A DNA stretch of 64,000 nt from Myxococcota bacterium. Its GTDB lineage: Bacteria; Myxococcota_A; UBA796; SXON01. This document shows, piece by piece, positions 19,591-28,856 of this stretch. How positions within the stretch are numbered: position 1 is the stretch's first letter; each line of letters begins with the position of its first letter. The translations under genes and the position numbers were made by a program. The notes under the pieces were generated by a model. That model was given only the letters and a program-made list of their open reading frames with translations. It was not told the DNA's origin and searched no databases. Location of the stretch: positions 137,213 to 201,212 of the forward strand of contig JAZKFH010000017.1 of the NCBI GenBank assembly GCA_040386535.1, read 5' to 3'.

Positions 19591-21129
19591 GATAGCGTCC
19601 CAACACATGGTGTACGAGCAAGCGCCAGCTGACGACGCGTTTCTCCACCGAGGGGGTGGAGAAGGTCACGGGGGTCTCCTAAGGGGTCTTTACACGTCAA
19701 CCACACCGGAGACCCCCGATGCCCGATCCGCACGTACATGCACCCGAACTCTTTCGCAAGTTCGCCGAGGGCGTGCCCCAGGACTTCTTTCGGCAGACCC
19801 TCGTGAATGCGCTGACTCAGTTCATGGAGACCGAGGTTTCTGCGCTCTGCGCCGCGGCCTACGGAACGCGCACCGACGAGCGTCAGAACAGTCGCAACGG
19901 CTACCGCGAACGGGAGCTCGAGACGCGGCTCGGCACCGTGCCGCTCGAGATCCCGCGGGTTCGACACGGGACGTACTTCCCGAGCTTCCTCGAGCCGCGC
20001 CGGCGCTGGGAGCAGGCGTTCGTGAACGTCGTGTCCGAGGCGTACGTGCTCGGCGTCTCCACGCGGAAGGTGGAGGAGCTCATGGAGGCGATGGGCGCCA
20101 AGGGCGTGACGCGGTCAGAGGTGTCGCGGATGTCCGCTACGCTCGACGCGGACGCGAAGGTGTTCCGGGAGCGGCCGTTGGACAGGGCGTACCCGTACAT
20201 CTGGCTGGACGCCCTCTACGTCAAGGTCCGCGAGGGAGGTCGGACGATCTCCAAGGCGGTGCTCGTGGCCACGGCTGTCGCCGCGACGGGCGAGCGCGAG
20301 ATCATCGGCGTGGGCGTCGCCGCGGGCGAGATGGAGAGCTGCTGGAAGGCATTCCTGGAGAGCCTGGTGACGCGGGGGTTGAAGGGGGTGCAGATGGTCA
20401 TCTCCGACGCCCACGCGGGCCTGCGGAAGGCCGTGGCCAGCGTGCTCATCGGGACGACCTGGCAGCGCTGCAGCGTGCACTTTCTGCGCAACGTGCTGGC
20501 GCTCCTGCCCAGGTCTGCCCAGCGGCTGGCGGCCGGGGCCTTCCGCACCGCGTTCGACCAGTCGAACCTGGCGTCCGCGAAGGAGTTCTTCGGCAAGGCG
20601 ATCGAGCTCTTGGAGGCCAAGTACCCGAAGGCCGCCAACTGCGCGCGGGAGGGCGAGGAGGACGTGCTGGCCTACATGAGCTTCCCCGAGCTCCACTGGC
20701 GGCAGATCCGCTCCACCAACCCGCTGGAGCGCCTGAACCGGGAGATCCGGCGCCGGACCGATGTGGTCGGCATCTTCCCGAACGACGCCTCGCTGCTGCG
20801 CCTCGTGACCATGCTCCTCGTCGAGCAGCACGACGAGTGGTCGGTGGGACGCCGCTACTTCAGCATCGAGTCGATGCAGGCGGTGGCCGCTCCATCGGAG
20901 AACGCCCAGATCGCCGCGAAGTAGATCCCCGGGGCTCGTCCCTGCCCACTACTGCCTCCCGACGTCCGTGTTGCTTCACACCGCGGGCGAAGGCGGCCCT
21001 GCGTTCCACCTTCGCCGTTTATCCAGATTGGTCCAGCCTGACGGCTGTCCAAGACCCCCTCCACCCAGTCCATGAGGCCCCTGACGAGCACCCCCGTGAT
21101 CGTCGTACACCACTTGACGGGACGCTACT
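19591..21129 (+). mobile_element. IS256-family insertion sequence, 1539 bp
   Basis: IRL GATAGCGTCCCaacacaTGGTGTACGA (19591-19617), IRR TCGTACACCActtgacGGGACGCTACT (21103-21129); direct repeat GGTACTGAC at 19582-19590 and 21130-21138. Confidence 0.92.
19719..20924 (+). CDS. IS256 family (Mutator-type DDE) transposase
   Basis: RNGYRER, GVSTRKV, YIWLDALYVKVR, ISDAHAGL, WQRCSVHFLRN, IRSTNPLERLNREIRRRT, FPN. Confidence 0.97.
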   Translation: MPDPHVHAPELFRKFAEGVPQDFFRQTLVNALTQFMETEVSALCAAAYGTRTDERQNSRNGYRERELETRLGTVPLEIPRVRHGTYFPSFLEPRRRWEQAFVNVVSEAYVLGVSTRKVEELMEAMGAKGVTRSEVSRMSATLDADAKVFRERPLDRAYPYIWLDALYVKVREGGRTISKAVLVATAVAATGEREIIGVGVAAGEMESCWKAFLESLVTRGLKGVQMVISDAHAGLRKAVASVLIGTTWQRCSVHFLRNVLALLPRSAQRLAAGAFRTAFDQSNLASAKEFFGKAIELLEAKYPKAANCAREGEEDVLAYMSFPELHWRQIRSTNPLERLNREIRRRTDVVGIFPNDASLLRLVTMLLVEQHDEWSVGRRYFSIESMQAVAAPSENAQIAAK

Positions 21130-21519
21130 GGTACTGACGCCCGTTCTGTCGGGTCCCGCGGGGGTGCCACCTGCGGGGACAGCGTGGCGCAGAGTCCCCG
21201 GGCGGGCGTCGGCGCCCCGGCGGGTTTCAAGTCCGGAGCTCCGGAGACGGAGAATCAGGAAGGCAGGAATAGCGGAAAGCAGGAGGGGGCGTGGACCGGA
21301 TGTGATGCACTTCGATCGGTCACCCGCCGAACGGCACGAAGGGCTACCTGCTCGACAGGGGCGCGTCGGTGGTCGCGCGGGCTCCGGAGCGGTGCATCGG
21401 CCGTCTCTGCGCCCAACGATCGGGCGGCACGGGCAGGCCGGCGCCGGAGACCTCGCCTCCGTGACAGTGTGGTGGCCAACATCGGCGATCATCCGGAATG
21501 ATCCCGCCTCCGTGACCGC

Positions 21520-21675
21520 GTGGCGGACGAAGTCGGGGGACCTGTCGAACAGGTAGGCGGGTTTCGTCCGTGTGGCGGACGAAGTCGGGGGACCTGTCGA
21601 ACAGGTAGGCGGGTTTCGTCCGTGTGGCGGACGAAGTCGGGGGACCTGTCGAACAGGTAGGCGGGTTTCGTCCGT
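21520..21675. repeat. Three perfect tandem 52-bp units, each a nested hairpin
   Basis: Unit GTGGCGGACGAAGTCGGGGGACCTGTCGAACAGGTAGGCGGGTTTCGTCCGT at 21520, 21572, 21624. Confidence 0.95.
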
Positions 21676-21911
21676 AGCTACGCGTTCCCGGACTGCGGGT
21701 AGCGTAGGCGCGTCCAAGACGAGCGTATGTGCACTCCCGAAACTCGAGCGACGCTGAGCGAGCGGGTCAAGATCGCCGACATCGACCGCCATCTCGACGC
21801 GACGTTTCCCGCGGCGTTGGAGCGGTAGACGACGACCCGCGGGCGCTCCCCCCGCGCTCCTCCCGGGATACCGCTGACGCTGGACCAGAGCCTCGCCATG
21901 CGCCCACCGAG

Positions 21912-22592
21912 ATGAGGATGCCACGAAGCACCTTGGGACGCAGTAGCATCGCGTTCGGTGCCGCACTGCTGTTCGCCGGCTGGCGTTGGTGGTTCGCCGG
22001 CATCTGCCACGGAGGGGTCGTCGAGGTGGTGGCCGGTGCGCACGTCGAGCTCGTGCGAGAGGCCGACGGGGTCACGGTGTACATCTACGACGAGGACATG
22101 CGCCGCAGGTGGTTCATCTGGGGAGAGGCAGGTTTCTTCGGCGGGCCGTTCGCGACGCTCGAGCCGAGGTGGGACGGAGGCGCCTTCGCACCGCTGCACT
22201 TCGACCCGACGGCACACCAGGTGTTCCTGCTCTCCCTCCAGCTCGACCCGCAGCTCAAGCCGGAAGGCATGGTGTTCGAGGTGCCGCCCGGGCCGACGCC
22301 GACCGACGCGGACCACGGCGGCGAGATCGTGGAGGTGGGGGACTTGCGAATCGAGCACCTCGTCGCGGACGGACGAGATTTGTTCTGGTTCACCGACCGG
22401 CACGGACACTCGCGTATCTCCGACGTGCTGGCGTCGGTGCGTGTGGGAGACTGCGACCTCGAGCCCGCTGGGATCGGTGATTACAGGGCCTCGGAGGCAC
22501 CCGATGGGTGCATCGGCGAGGGCCCGTTCACCATCGAAGCCGAGGTGTCGTACCGGGAGACCCTCGTGGCACGGTTCCCTGGCAGGCCGTAG
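21912..22592 (+). CDS. Hypothetical membrane-anchored protein with duplicated HGG...(H)xE motif, possibly metal-binding
   Basis: N-terminal TM; HGGVVEVVAGAHVELV and HGGEIVEVGDLRIEHLV. Confidence 0.55.
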   Translation: MRMPRSTLGRSSIAFGAALLFAGWRWWFAGICHGGVVEVVAGAHVELVREADGVTVYIYDEDMRRRWFIWGEAGFFGGPFATLEPRWDGGAFAPLHFDPTAHQVFLLSLQLDPQLKPEGMVFEVPPGPTPTDADHGGEIVEVGDLRIEHLVADGRDLFWFTDRHGHSRISDVLASVRVGDCDLEPAGIGDYRASEAPDGCIGEGPFTIEAEVSYRETLVARFPGRP

Positions 22593-22784
22593 CGGTCCGG
22601 GCGGCCCGCATCGAGCACACCCAAGTGACACCCCCCCCGCGCCAGGCCTCCGGAGGGCGCCGCCGCGGGCGGCGGCGGTTCGGCGCCCCGGCGCGGAGCG
22701 ACGGCCGCGCCAACCAAGCGAAGCGCGCCCGGAGGAGGCCGACCCGGCGGAGCCGGGGGGCGCCCAGGCGTTCTCGAGGATGGG

Positions 22785-23537
22785 TCAGTCCACCGCCCCA
22801 CCACGCGGGGCGAGGCCGAGGAGCATCGTCTCCTGGAGGCGCGCCGTGTAGCGGACGAGCGCGGCGGTGGCGTCGTCGGGGATGGAGTCGAAGAAGATTG
22901 CGATACGATGGGTCGCGATGTCGCCGGGCACGCCGGGGCCGACCCGCCGCTCGCGCACGGGGATGGGGAGCACGCGCACGACGCGCCCGACGCACCGCCA
23001 GCCGGGGCCCTCGCCGGGCAGGGCCACGGTGCAGAGCAGGGTCTCGCCTTCGAGCACGTATTCGCCGTCCTCGAACGCGAGGCCGGTGGCGCTCACGTCC
23101 ATCCGCGCGTCGGGCTCGCGAAACGCGCCCGGGACCTCGGCGCCGCGCATCCACGCGTCGAGGGTGCGCGGCGTGGCGAGGCGGTAGCGGAGGGACACCA
23201 TGCCCCACAAGCGGGGATATTCGCGGCGGTCGACCGTGGGGAGGCGGATGACACGCGCGGTGAGGACCAAGCCGGCTTGGGCGGTCACGATCGCGACGGC
23301 GCGCGGCGGGGCGGGGGCCGGGAGCTCGAGGATGAGCCGGGCGCCCACGGGGATGGCCTCGGGGTGGGTGAGGCGCAGCTCGATCTCGTCGCCCTCGGCG
23401 CGCACCACGGCGGCGCCCATGTGTGTGGGGCTCGCCGCCGCATGGAGCACGCGCACCGGTGTACCCACCGGGATGGCGAGCATCAGGGGGGCGTCCCGGC
23501 GCGGCTCGAAGGACTCGACAGAGGGCATGCTACTCAT
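22785..23537 (-). CDS. PilZ domain protein (YcgR-like two-domain layout)
   Basis: DRREYPR (RxxxR) and DVSATG (DxSxxG) motifs; overlaps the fliA stop. Confidence 0.8.
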   Translation of the reverse strand: MSSMPSVESFEPRRDAPLMLAIPVGTPVRVLHAAASPTHMGAAVVRAEGDEIELRLTHPEAIPVGARLILELPAPAPPRAVAIVTAQAGLVLTARVIRLPTVDRREYPRLWGMVSLRYRLATPRTLDAWMRGAEVPGAFREPDARMDVSATGLAFEDGEYVLEGETLLCTVALPGEGPGWRCVGRVVRVLPIPVRERRVGPGVPGDIATHRIAIFFDSIPDDATAALVRYTARLQETMLLGLAPRGGAVD

Positions 23538-24309
23538 TTGGGTTGGCTCCGAGCACGCGCTGCAGCCGCTTGACGGCCTGCCCGTGAATCTGACAAATGC
23601 GGCTCTCGGTCACGCCGAGGCGCGCGCCGATCTGCTTGAGGGACTGGCCGCCCTGGTAGTAGGCGGTGACCACGTCGCGCTCGCGCTCCGACAGGGTGTC
23701 GATCGCCTTGTGCAAGGCGGCGAACTTCTCGGCGGCCTCCCAGCGGTCGAGTGGGCAGGCGTTCTCGCCGGCGATGTGGTCGGCCAGCGAACCGGTGGCG
23801 TCGTCCGAGGGGGGGGCGTCGAGTGACACGAGGCGACGGATCTCGTTGTCCGTGCGCACCCGGTCGAAGTCCTCGGGCGCCATCTCGAGCGCCTGGGCCA
23901 TCTCCTCGCGCGTCGGCTCGCGCCCGGTGCGGCGGCGGAGCTGGGTGCGCACGTCGTCGATGCGGGCGGTGTTGCGACGCACGGCGCGCGGCGTCCAATC
24001 CGCCTCGCGCAGCGCGTCCACGATGGCGCCGCGGATGCGGATCTCGGCGTAGGCGCGCAGCGGCACCCCGCGGGACGCATCGTACCGATCGACCGCGTCG
24101 ATGAGGCCGAGGATGCCCATGTGTGTGAGCTCGTCCACGTCTACGTTGCCGGGGAGGCGCTGCGCCATCCGCGACGCGATGGTGCGCACGAGGGGGTAGT
24201 TCTCGGCGATCAGCTGCTCGCGCGTGGGCGCCGCCGTCGGGGCGGGCGGGGCCGGGACGGCGAGGCCACGCGGGGCGCGTTGGTGGGAAGAGACGGGCTC
24301 GGTGTTCAT
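23530..24309 (-). CDS. fliA: FliA/WhiG family RNA polymerase sigma-28 factor
   Basis: LP.NVDVDEL...G..GLIDAVDRYD, YAEIRIRGAIVDALREADWTPR, SLKQIGARLGVTESRICQIH. Confidence 0.92.
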   Translation of the reverse strand: MNTEPVSSHQRAPRGLAVPAPPAPTAAPTREQLIAENYPLVRTIASRMAQRLPGNVDVDELTHMGILGLIDAVDRYDASRGVPLRAYAEIRIRGAIVDALREADWTPRAVRRNTARIDDVRTQLRRRTGREPTREEMAQALEMAPEDFDRVRTDNEIRRLVSLDAPPSDDATGSLADHIAGENACPLDRWEAAEKFAALHKAIDTLSERERDVVTAYYQGGQSLKQIGARLGVTESRICQIHGQAVKRLQRVLGANPNE

Positions 24310-24313
24310 GGAG

Positions 24314-25300
24314 CTATCCGCAGGTGGATTGGATCGTCAGCGCGCCGTGGTTCTCCACGGGCAGGCTCGACGGCCCATTCGGGGTGTCGATGGAGAGGTC
24401 CCAACCGGCGCGGGCGCCGACGCCCTGCAGGGCGATAGCGGTGGGGAGGTCGTAGGCGTAGGCGTACCAGGTGACACGGGCCGCGCGGGTGCCGAAACAG
24501 ACGCTGCCGACGAGCGGCTCGTCGGTGCGGACATTGTCGGCGCCCACGTCCTCGTAGGCGTACAGGGTGTAGACGGCGCCCGACGGAGCGGTCTCGGTGA
24601 GGGCCTCGAGCGGCGGCGGCCCGAGCAGGGAGACCGACCAGACGGGGGCGATGGGTGTGTCGTACGCGGAGAGGGCGTCGGACGCCTCGGCGGGGGCGAG
24701 ATCGAGGTGCGTGCCCGGCGCGATCGCGACCGTGGAGCCACCGGCGAGCGCGAGCGTGGGGCTGCCGAAGAGGTTCTCGTCCAACACGACGCTGTCCGTC
24801 ATCGGCGCCCACTCGGGCTCGCCGCGGTCGTAGCCGCGCGCGAGGTTCCAACCGGGCGAGGCGCCCTCGGGCGCGTCGTTCCCGACGTACACGAGGCGCT
24901 CGGCCGCGAGCCCGACGTACAGGCCCGGCTCGGCGTCGGCGTCCTCGGCGCGCAACGTGATGGCGTAGACCACGTGCTCGTCCCAATCGACGCCGCGATC
25001 GGCGCGGGGAGGAAGGCGGGGAAGGGTCACGGTCTGCGCGTCCGCGAGGACGGCGCCCAGCTCGCGGGCGGCGCCCACCCAATACACCCCGTCGGCGCCC
25101 GTGCGGTAGGCGCGCAGCTCGTAGAACCCGGCCGCCTCGGGCGCGAAGTGGAGGGTCAGCTCGGTCTCGGTGACGGTGACCGGCGCAATCTCGTCCTCGA
25201 AGGTCGCCTCGCGTAGCGCCGACGGCGCGCTCTCCCCCGGCGTGACGATCGCGGGCGTGACGGTGGCAGGCGAGGTGCAGGCGAGGAGGAGGTGCATCAT
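24314..25300 (-). CDS. Hypothetical lipoprotein
   Basis: MMHLLLAC lipobox-like start; ends 4 bp before fliA. Confidence 0.7.
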   Translation of the reverse strand: MMHLLLACTSPATVTPAIVTPGESAPSALREATFEDEIAPVTVTETELTLHFAPEAAGFYELRAYRTGADGVYWVGAARELGAVLADAQTVTLPRLPPRADRGVDWDEHVVYAITLRAEDADAEPGLYVGLAAERLVYVGNDAPEGASPGWNLARGYDRGEPEWAPMTDSVVLDENLFGSPTLALAGGSTVAIAPGTHLDLAPAEASDALSAYDTPIAPVWSVSLLGPPPLEALTETAPSGAVYTLYAYEDVGADNVRTDEPLVGSVCFGTRAARVTWYAYAYDLPTAIALQGVGARAGWDLSIDTPNGPSSLPVENHGALTIQSTCG

Positions 25301-25571
25301 GGAGGGCAACACGGGGGGGCTCCGGAGTGGGTGAGCCACAAGCTCGGCCCCAGTAGCGCCCATCTTGAGTGAAACGTGACGTGCTGATGAATGGTGACGT
25401 GGTGACACGGCGCGGTGACAATCGGCCGACAACCCGCTGTGTCACGTGATCGGGGAACCCCGGGACAAACGCAGACACACCCTTGCCGTGTCAAGAGGAG
25501 CGTGTCACACCAACGCATGATGCCCCGTCGCCGGAGGGCGTACGGAGCGTCGGGCGGGGCGGCCGAGCGAA

Positions 25572-26099
25572 TCAGCGCTCGGGCGGGCAGCTCACCATGG
25601 TGCGCATCGCGCAGCTCTCCTGGCACTGCGCCCGTTTCTCCTCGACGTCCGAGTAGTCGAGGCGGACGAGGCGGGCGTCGACCTGCTCGCACATCGAGAC
25701 GCGGCCGTCGATCACCGCGCGCCAGCCGCCGTAGTCGACCGTGAGGACCTCGCCGCTCCAGCACTCGGGGTCCTCGAACGTGACGAAACAGAATTGGCCG
25801 TCGTTGGAGGCCCGCTCCGTGGAGCAGCTGACGTCGGCCTCGTCGAAGGTGCGCTCGGTGCAGAGCACGTACTCGGCCGAGTAGCGGTCGGGGATGCGCT
25901 CGACCAGGTCATCGGCGGTGAGCTCGAGGACCTTGGCGAGCTGGCGGCGCGCCGCACGTTCGGCCGAGGTGGCGGAGCCGCGCGTGGCGGAGGCCACCAC
26001 GTCACCGTCGATGGGACAGCCGGGAAGCGGCCCGCGCCAGGTCGCGACGCAGCGCGCCCCTTCGGCGTAGGCGAGCGAAGTAGCCAGGAAGAGCAACAC
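25572..26099 (-). CDS. Secreted cysteine-rich hypothetical protein
   Basis: Signal peptide ending AYA; 10 Cys in ~160 aa; GAGG before the GTG start. Confidence 0.75.
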   Translation of the reverse strand: MLLFLATSLAYAEGARCVATWRGPLPGCPIDGDVVASATRGSATSAERAARRQLAKVLELTADDLVERIPDRYSAEYVLCTERTFDEADVSCSTERASNDGQFCFVTFEDPECWSGEVLTVDYGGWRAVIDGRVSMCEQVDARLVRLDYSDVEEKRAQCQESCAMRTMVSCPPER

Positions 26100-26102
26100 G
26101 GC

Positions 26103-26828
26103 TCACCTCGTGAGGGAGAGTTGGGAGGTGGGGCCCGCGCCGGCGGGCGTGGGGCTCGCGCCGGAGGGCGGAGTGGCGGCCGCGGCGATGCGCTTGGAGA
26201 GCTGCACCAGGTAGGTCGCGAGGCGGAGGCGGTCCCGCAGCGAGATCGCCGCGATGCGGGCGCCGACGACGAGGTGGCCGCGCCGGAGGCCGAGGTAGCG
26301 CACCTCGATGCCGACGTGCATGGAGGGCTCGCCCGGCAGGACGATCGTGCCGCTGTCGAGATCACCCACCTTCAGGCCGGTGTCCCAGGAGTCGATGAAC
26401 GCGAGGCCGCCGACCGACAGGTCGAGCATCGGGAACCCCGCGGACCGCTCCGTGTCATCCGAGCGGAACGCGAAGCCCTGGAGCACGGGCACCACCACAC
26501 GCTCGGCGAGGCGGCGGCCGGAGGTGCACTCGACCGCGAAGGGGAACAACGACACGATGCGCCCGGCGCCGACCGAGAGCACCTCGGAGTAGAACCGGTA
26601 GCGGTCGGAGGGCCCCGCGTACTCGACACAGATCGGGTCACCCGCGCGGATGCTGGTGGCCTTCGTGTCACACGCGAGCACGACACCGTCGCCCTCGGGA
26701 TAACACAATGTGCCAGGGAAATCCCCGGCGGCCGAGGTGATGACGACCTCGTTCGCCGAGCCGACGGCGTAGTAGAGGTGGGCGACGATGTCGGCACCCC
26801 TGCCCGGCTGATCCGCGCGCTTGACCAT
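26103..26828 (-). CDS. PilZ domain protein (paralog 2)
   Basis: ATG 26828 after GAGGA; RRLAER and DLSVGG motifs. Confidence 0.82.
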   Translation of the reverse strand: MVKRADQPGRGADIVAHLYYAVGSANEVVITSAAGDFPGTLCYPEGDGVVLACDTKATSIRAGDPICVEYAGPSDRYRFYSEVLSVGAGRIVSLFPFAVECTSGRRLAERVVVPVLQGFAFRSDDTERSAGFPMLDLSVGGLAFIDSWDTGLKVGDLDSGTIVLPGEPSMHVGIEVRYLGLRRGHLVVGARIAAISLRDRLRLATYLVQLSKRIAAAATPPSGASPTPAGAGPTSQLSLTR

Positions 26829-26968
26829 GTCTGTGTCCTCTCTCTGTCTGGAAACCGCCGTGAACCGCCCGTTACCGTCGCCTCCGCAGGAAGCTTGCGA
26901 GGCGTGCGCTCCAGTTCGGATGATTCGGACGGGGACTTGAGCCCTTTCTGGTAGCCCTTTCTCGTGCC

Positions 26969-27598
26969 TTACAACGTGAGGAGAAAGCGCGCGAGCCGGC
27001 CCCGATCCGCCAGGGAGATCGCGGCGTACCGCGCACCCACCAGGCGTTTTCCGTCCCGAACCGGGAGGTGGCGCACCTCGAGCACCACGCCCATGGGCGC
27101 CTGCCCCGGGAGGTACAGGGCGCCACGCATCATGTCGCCGATCTGGACGCGCAGGTGGTGGGCGTTGACAAAACCAACGCCGCCGTCCGACAGGTCGGAC
27201 ACCACGAACGTCCGCTCGTCGCCGCCGCCCTCGGCCACGAACCACAGGCCGGCGTCGGGCGCGACGTCCTTGCGCTGGGTGAGCCGCCGATCCGAACACT
27301 CGATCGCGTAGGGCAGGCGGATCTGGAGGCGACCGGGCACCACCGACACCACCTCGGTGTGGAAGCGGTAGTTGTCCCCGGCGCCCGAGTAGTCCACGAA
27401 CAGCGGCATCCCGGGCATCAACGCCAGGGCGCCGGTGTCACATTGGACGTACACCTCTTCGCCCTCGGGGTACGCGAAGGTGCCACGGAAGTCGCCGATC
27501 GGGGAGCTGACGCGCACCTCGTCCGTGGTGCCCACGGCGAAGAAGACGTGGGCCACGATGTCGGTGACGTCGAACAGATACTCGCCTTCTTCTTCCAC
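26969..27598 (-). CDS. PilZ domain protein (paralog 1)
   Basis: AGGAGG RBS; DRRLTQR and DLSDGG motifs; aligns along its length with the downstream gene. Confidence 0.85.
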   Translation of the reverse strand: MEEEGEYLFDVTDIVAHVFFAVGTTDEVRVSSPIGDFRGTFAYPEGEEVYVQCDTGALALMPGMPLFVDYSGAGDNYRFHTEVVSVVPGRLQIRLPYAIECSDRRLTQRKDVAPDAGLWFVAEGGGDERTFVVSDLSDGGVGFVNAHHLRVQIGDMMRGALYLPGQAPMGVVLEVRHLPVRDGKRLVGARYAAISLADRGRLARFLLTL

Positions 27599-27637
27599 GG
27601 ACCCTCCTGTTTTGTCGAGGGCCGATGGTGGCCCTGT

Positions 27638-28795
27638 CTAGCTGTTGGCGTGCCCTGCTACGGGCACCTGCGGCGCGGGGATGAGCAGGCGGAAGGTCGT
27701 TCCTCCGCCCTCGCGCGCGCCGACGGAGACCTCTCCACCGTGCGCGTTCGCCGCGAGCTGCACGAGGAACAGGCCGAGCCCGTGCCCGGACGGCCCCCGC
27801 TCGCGCCGCGGTCCCAAGCCCGCCCATTTCTCGAACAGATGCTCCTTGATGTCGTCGGAGACGCCGGGCCCACGATCGTGGACCTCGAATTCGACGCCGA
27901 GCGTGGTAGCGCGCCCGGTCACCTCTACCTCGTCATCCCGGCGCGAGTACTTGACCGCATTCTGGATCAAATTGAAGAGGCATCGGCGAAGGAGCACGGC
28001 GTCCCCCGTGACCTTGGCCCGGGGCTCGACCTTGGGCCGGATCGTGACGCCCTTGGCACGCGCGGCGGGCTCGACCAACGCCAACGCGCCCTCGAAGATG
28101 TCGGTGAGCGGCACGGTGACGACGTGCAGCACCAGCGCGCCATCCTCCAGCTGCTTGATGCGGAGCATGTCCTGGAGCGTCTCGTGCATGCGCCCGGTGG
28201 CCGCGAGGAGCGTGGTGAGCTCCCGTTCGGTGGGCGTGGCGCCCTTGTACTGGATGCCCTCCATCATCACGAGGATGCCGCTCAACGCGTTGAGCAGGTC
28301 GTGGGTGACGAGCGCGACCAGGTCTTCCTTGAGCTGATCGAGACGCTTGAGCTCCGCGAGCTGCTCGCGGATGAGGCGGTCCTGCTGGCGGATGAGCGTG
28401 AAGCTGCGCAGGCGGAGCAGGAGCTCGCGCTGATCGACGGGCTTGGTGAGAAAATCGTCCGCGCCCGCCTCGAGGCCGGCGTTCCGGCTCTCCTGCTCGC
28501 CGAGCGCCGTGAGGAGGATCACCGGGAGGTAGCCCGCGTCCGGACGCGCCTTGATGCGCCGACAGACCTCGATCCCGTCGAGGCCGGGCATCATCACGTC
28601 GAGGATCACGATGTCCGGGTTGTGGGCGGCGAGCGCGTCGAGGCCCTGGAACCCGTCCTCCGCCAAAACCACGTCGTACCCGCGCTCGAGCCATGCGGAC
28701 AACAACAACCGATTCCCGGGGTCGTCCTCGATGACGAGCACTGTTGGCCGCCGATTGGCGACGAGCCCCGAGAGGACGGTACGTGACGCTTCCAT
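27638..28795 (-). CDS. Hybrid response regulator/histidine kinase (REC-HisKA-HATPase)
   Basis: VIEDD, LDVMMPGLDG, KP; THDLLNAL, NLIQNAVKY, DRGPG, GHGLGL. Confidence 0.93.
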   Translation of the reverse strand: MEASRTVLSGLVANRRPTVLVIEDDPGNRLLLSAWLERGYDVVLAEDGFQGLDALAAHNPDIVILDVMMPGLDGIEVCRRIKARPDAGYLPVILLTALGEQESRNAGLEAGADDFLTKPVDQRELLLRLRSFTLIRQQDRLIREQLAELKRLDQLKEDLVALVTHDLLNALSGILVMMEGIQYKGATPTERELTTLLAATGRMHETLQDMLRIKQLEDGALVLHVVTVPLTDIFEGALALVEPAARAKGVTIRPKVEPRAKVTGDAVLLRRCLFNLIQNAVKYSRRDDEVEVTGRATTLGVEFEVHDRGPGVSDDIKEHLFEKWAGLGPRRERGPSGHGLGLFLVQLAANAHGGEVSVGAREGGGTTFRLLIPAPQVPVAGHANS

Positions 28796-28856
28796 GTGTT
28801 GCTCCCTGCTACGATCTGCTCGTATACCACATCCAGGGAAGATGGACGGTTGGCCG

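Noticed and set aside
19064..21556. 830-aa ORF spanning the IS
   Set aside because: Alternative frame of the transposase running across both IS ends; Arg/Gly/Ala-rich with no domain.
21520..21675. CRISPR array
   Set aside because: Units abut with no unique spacers; no cas genes in the window.
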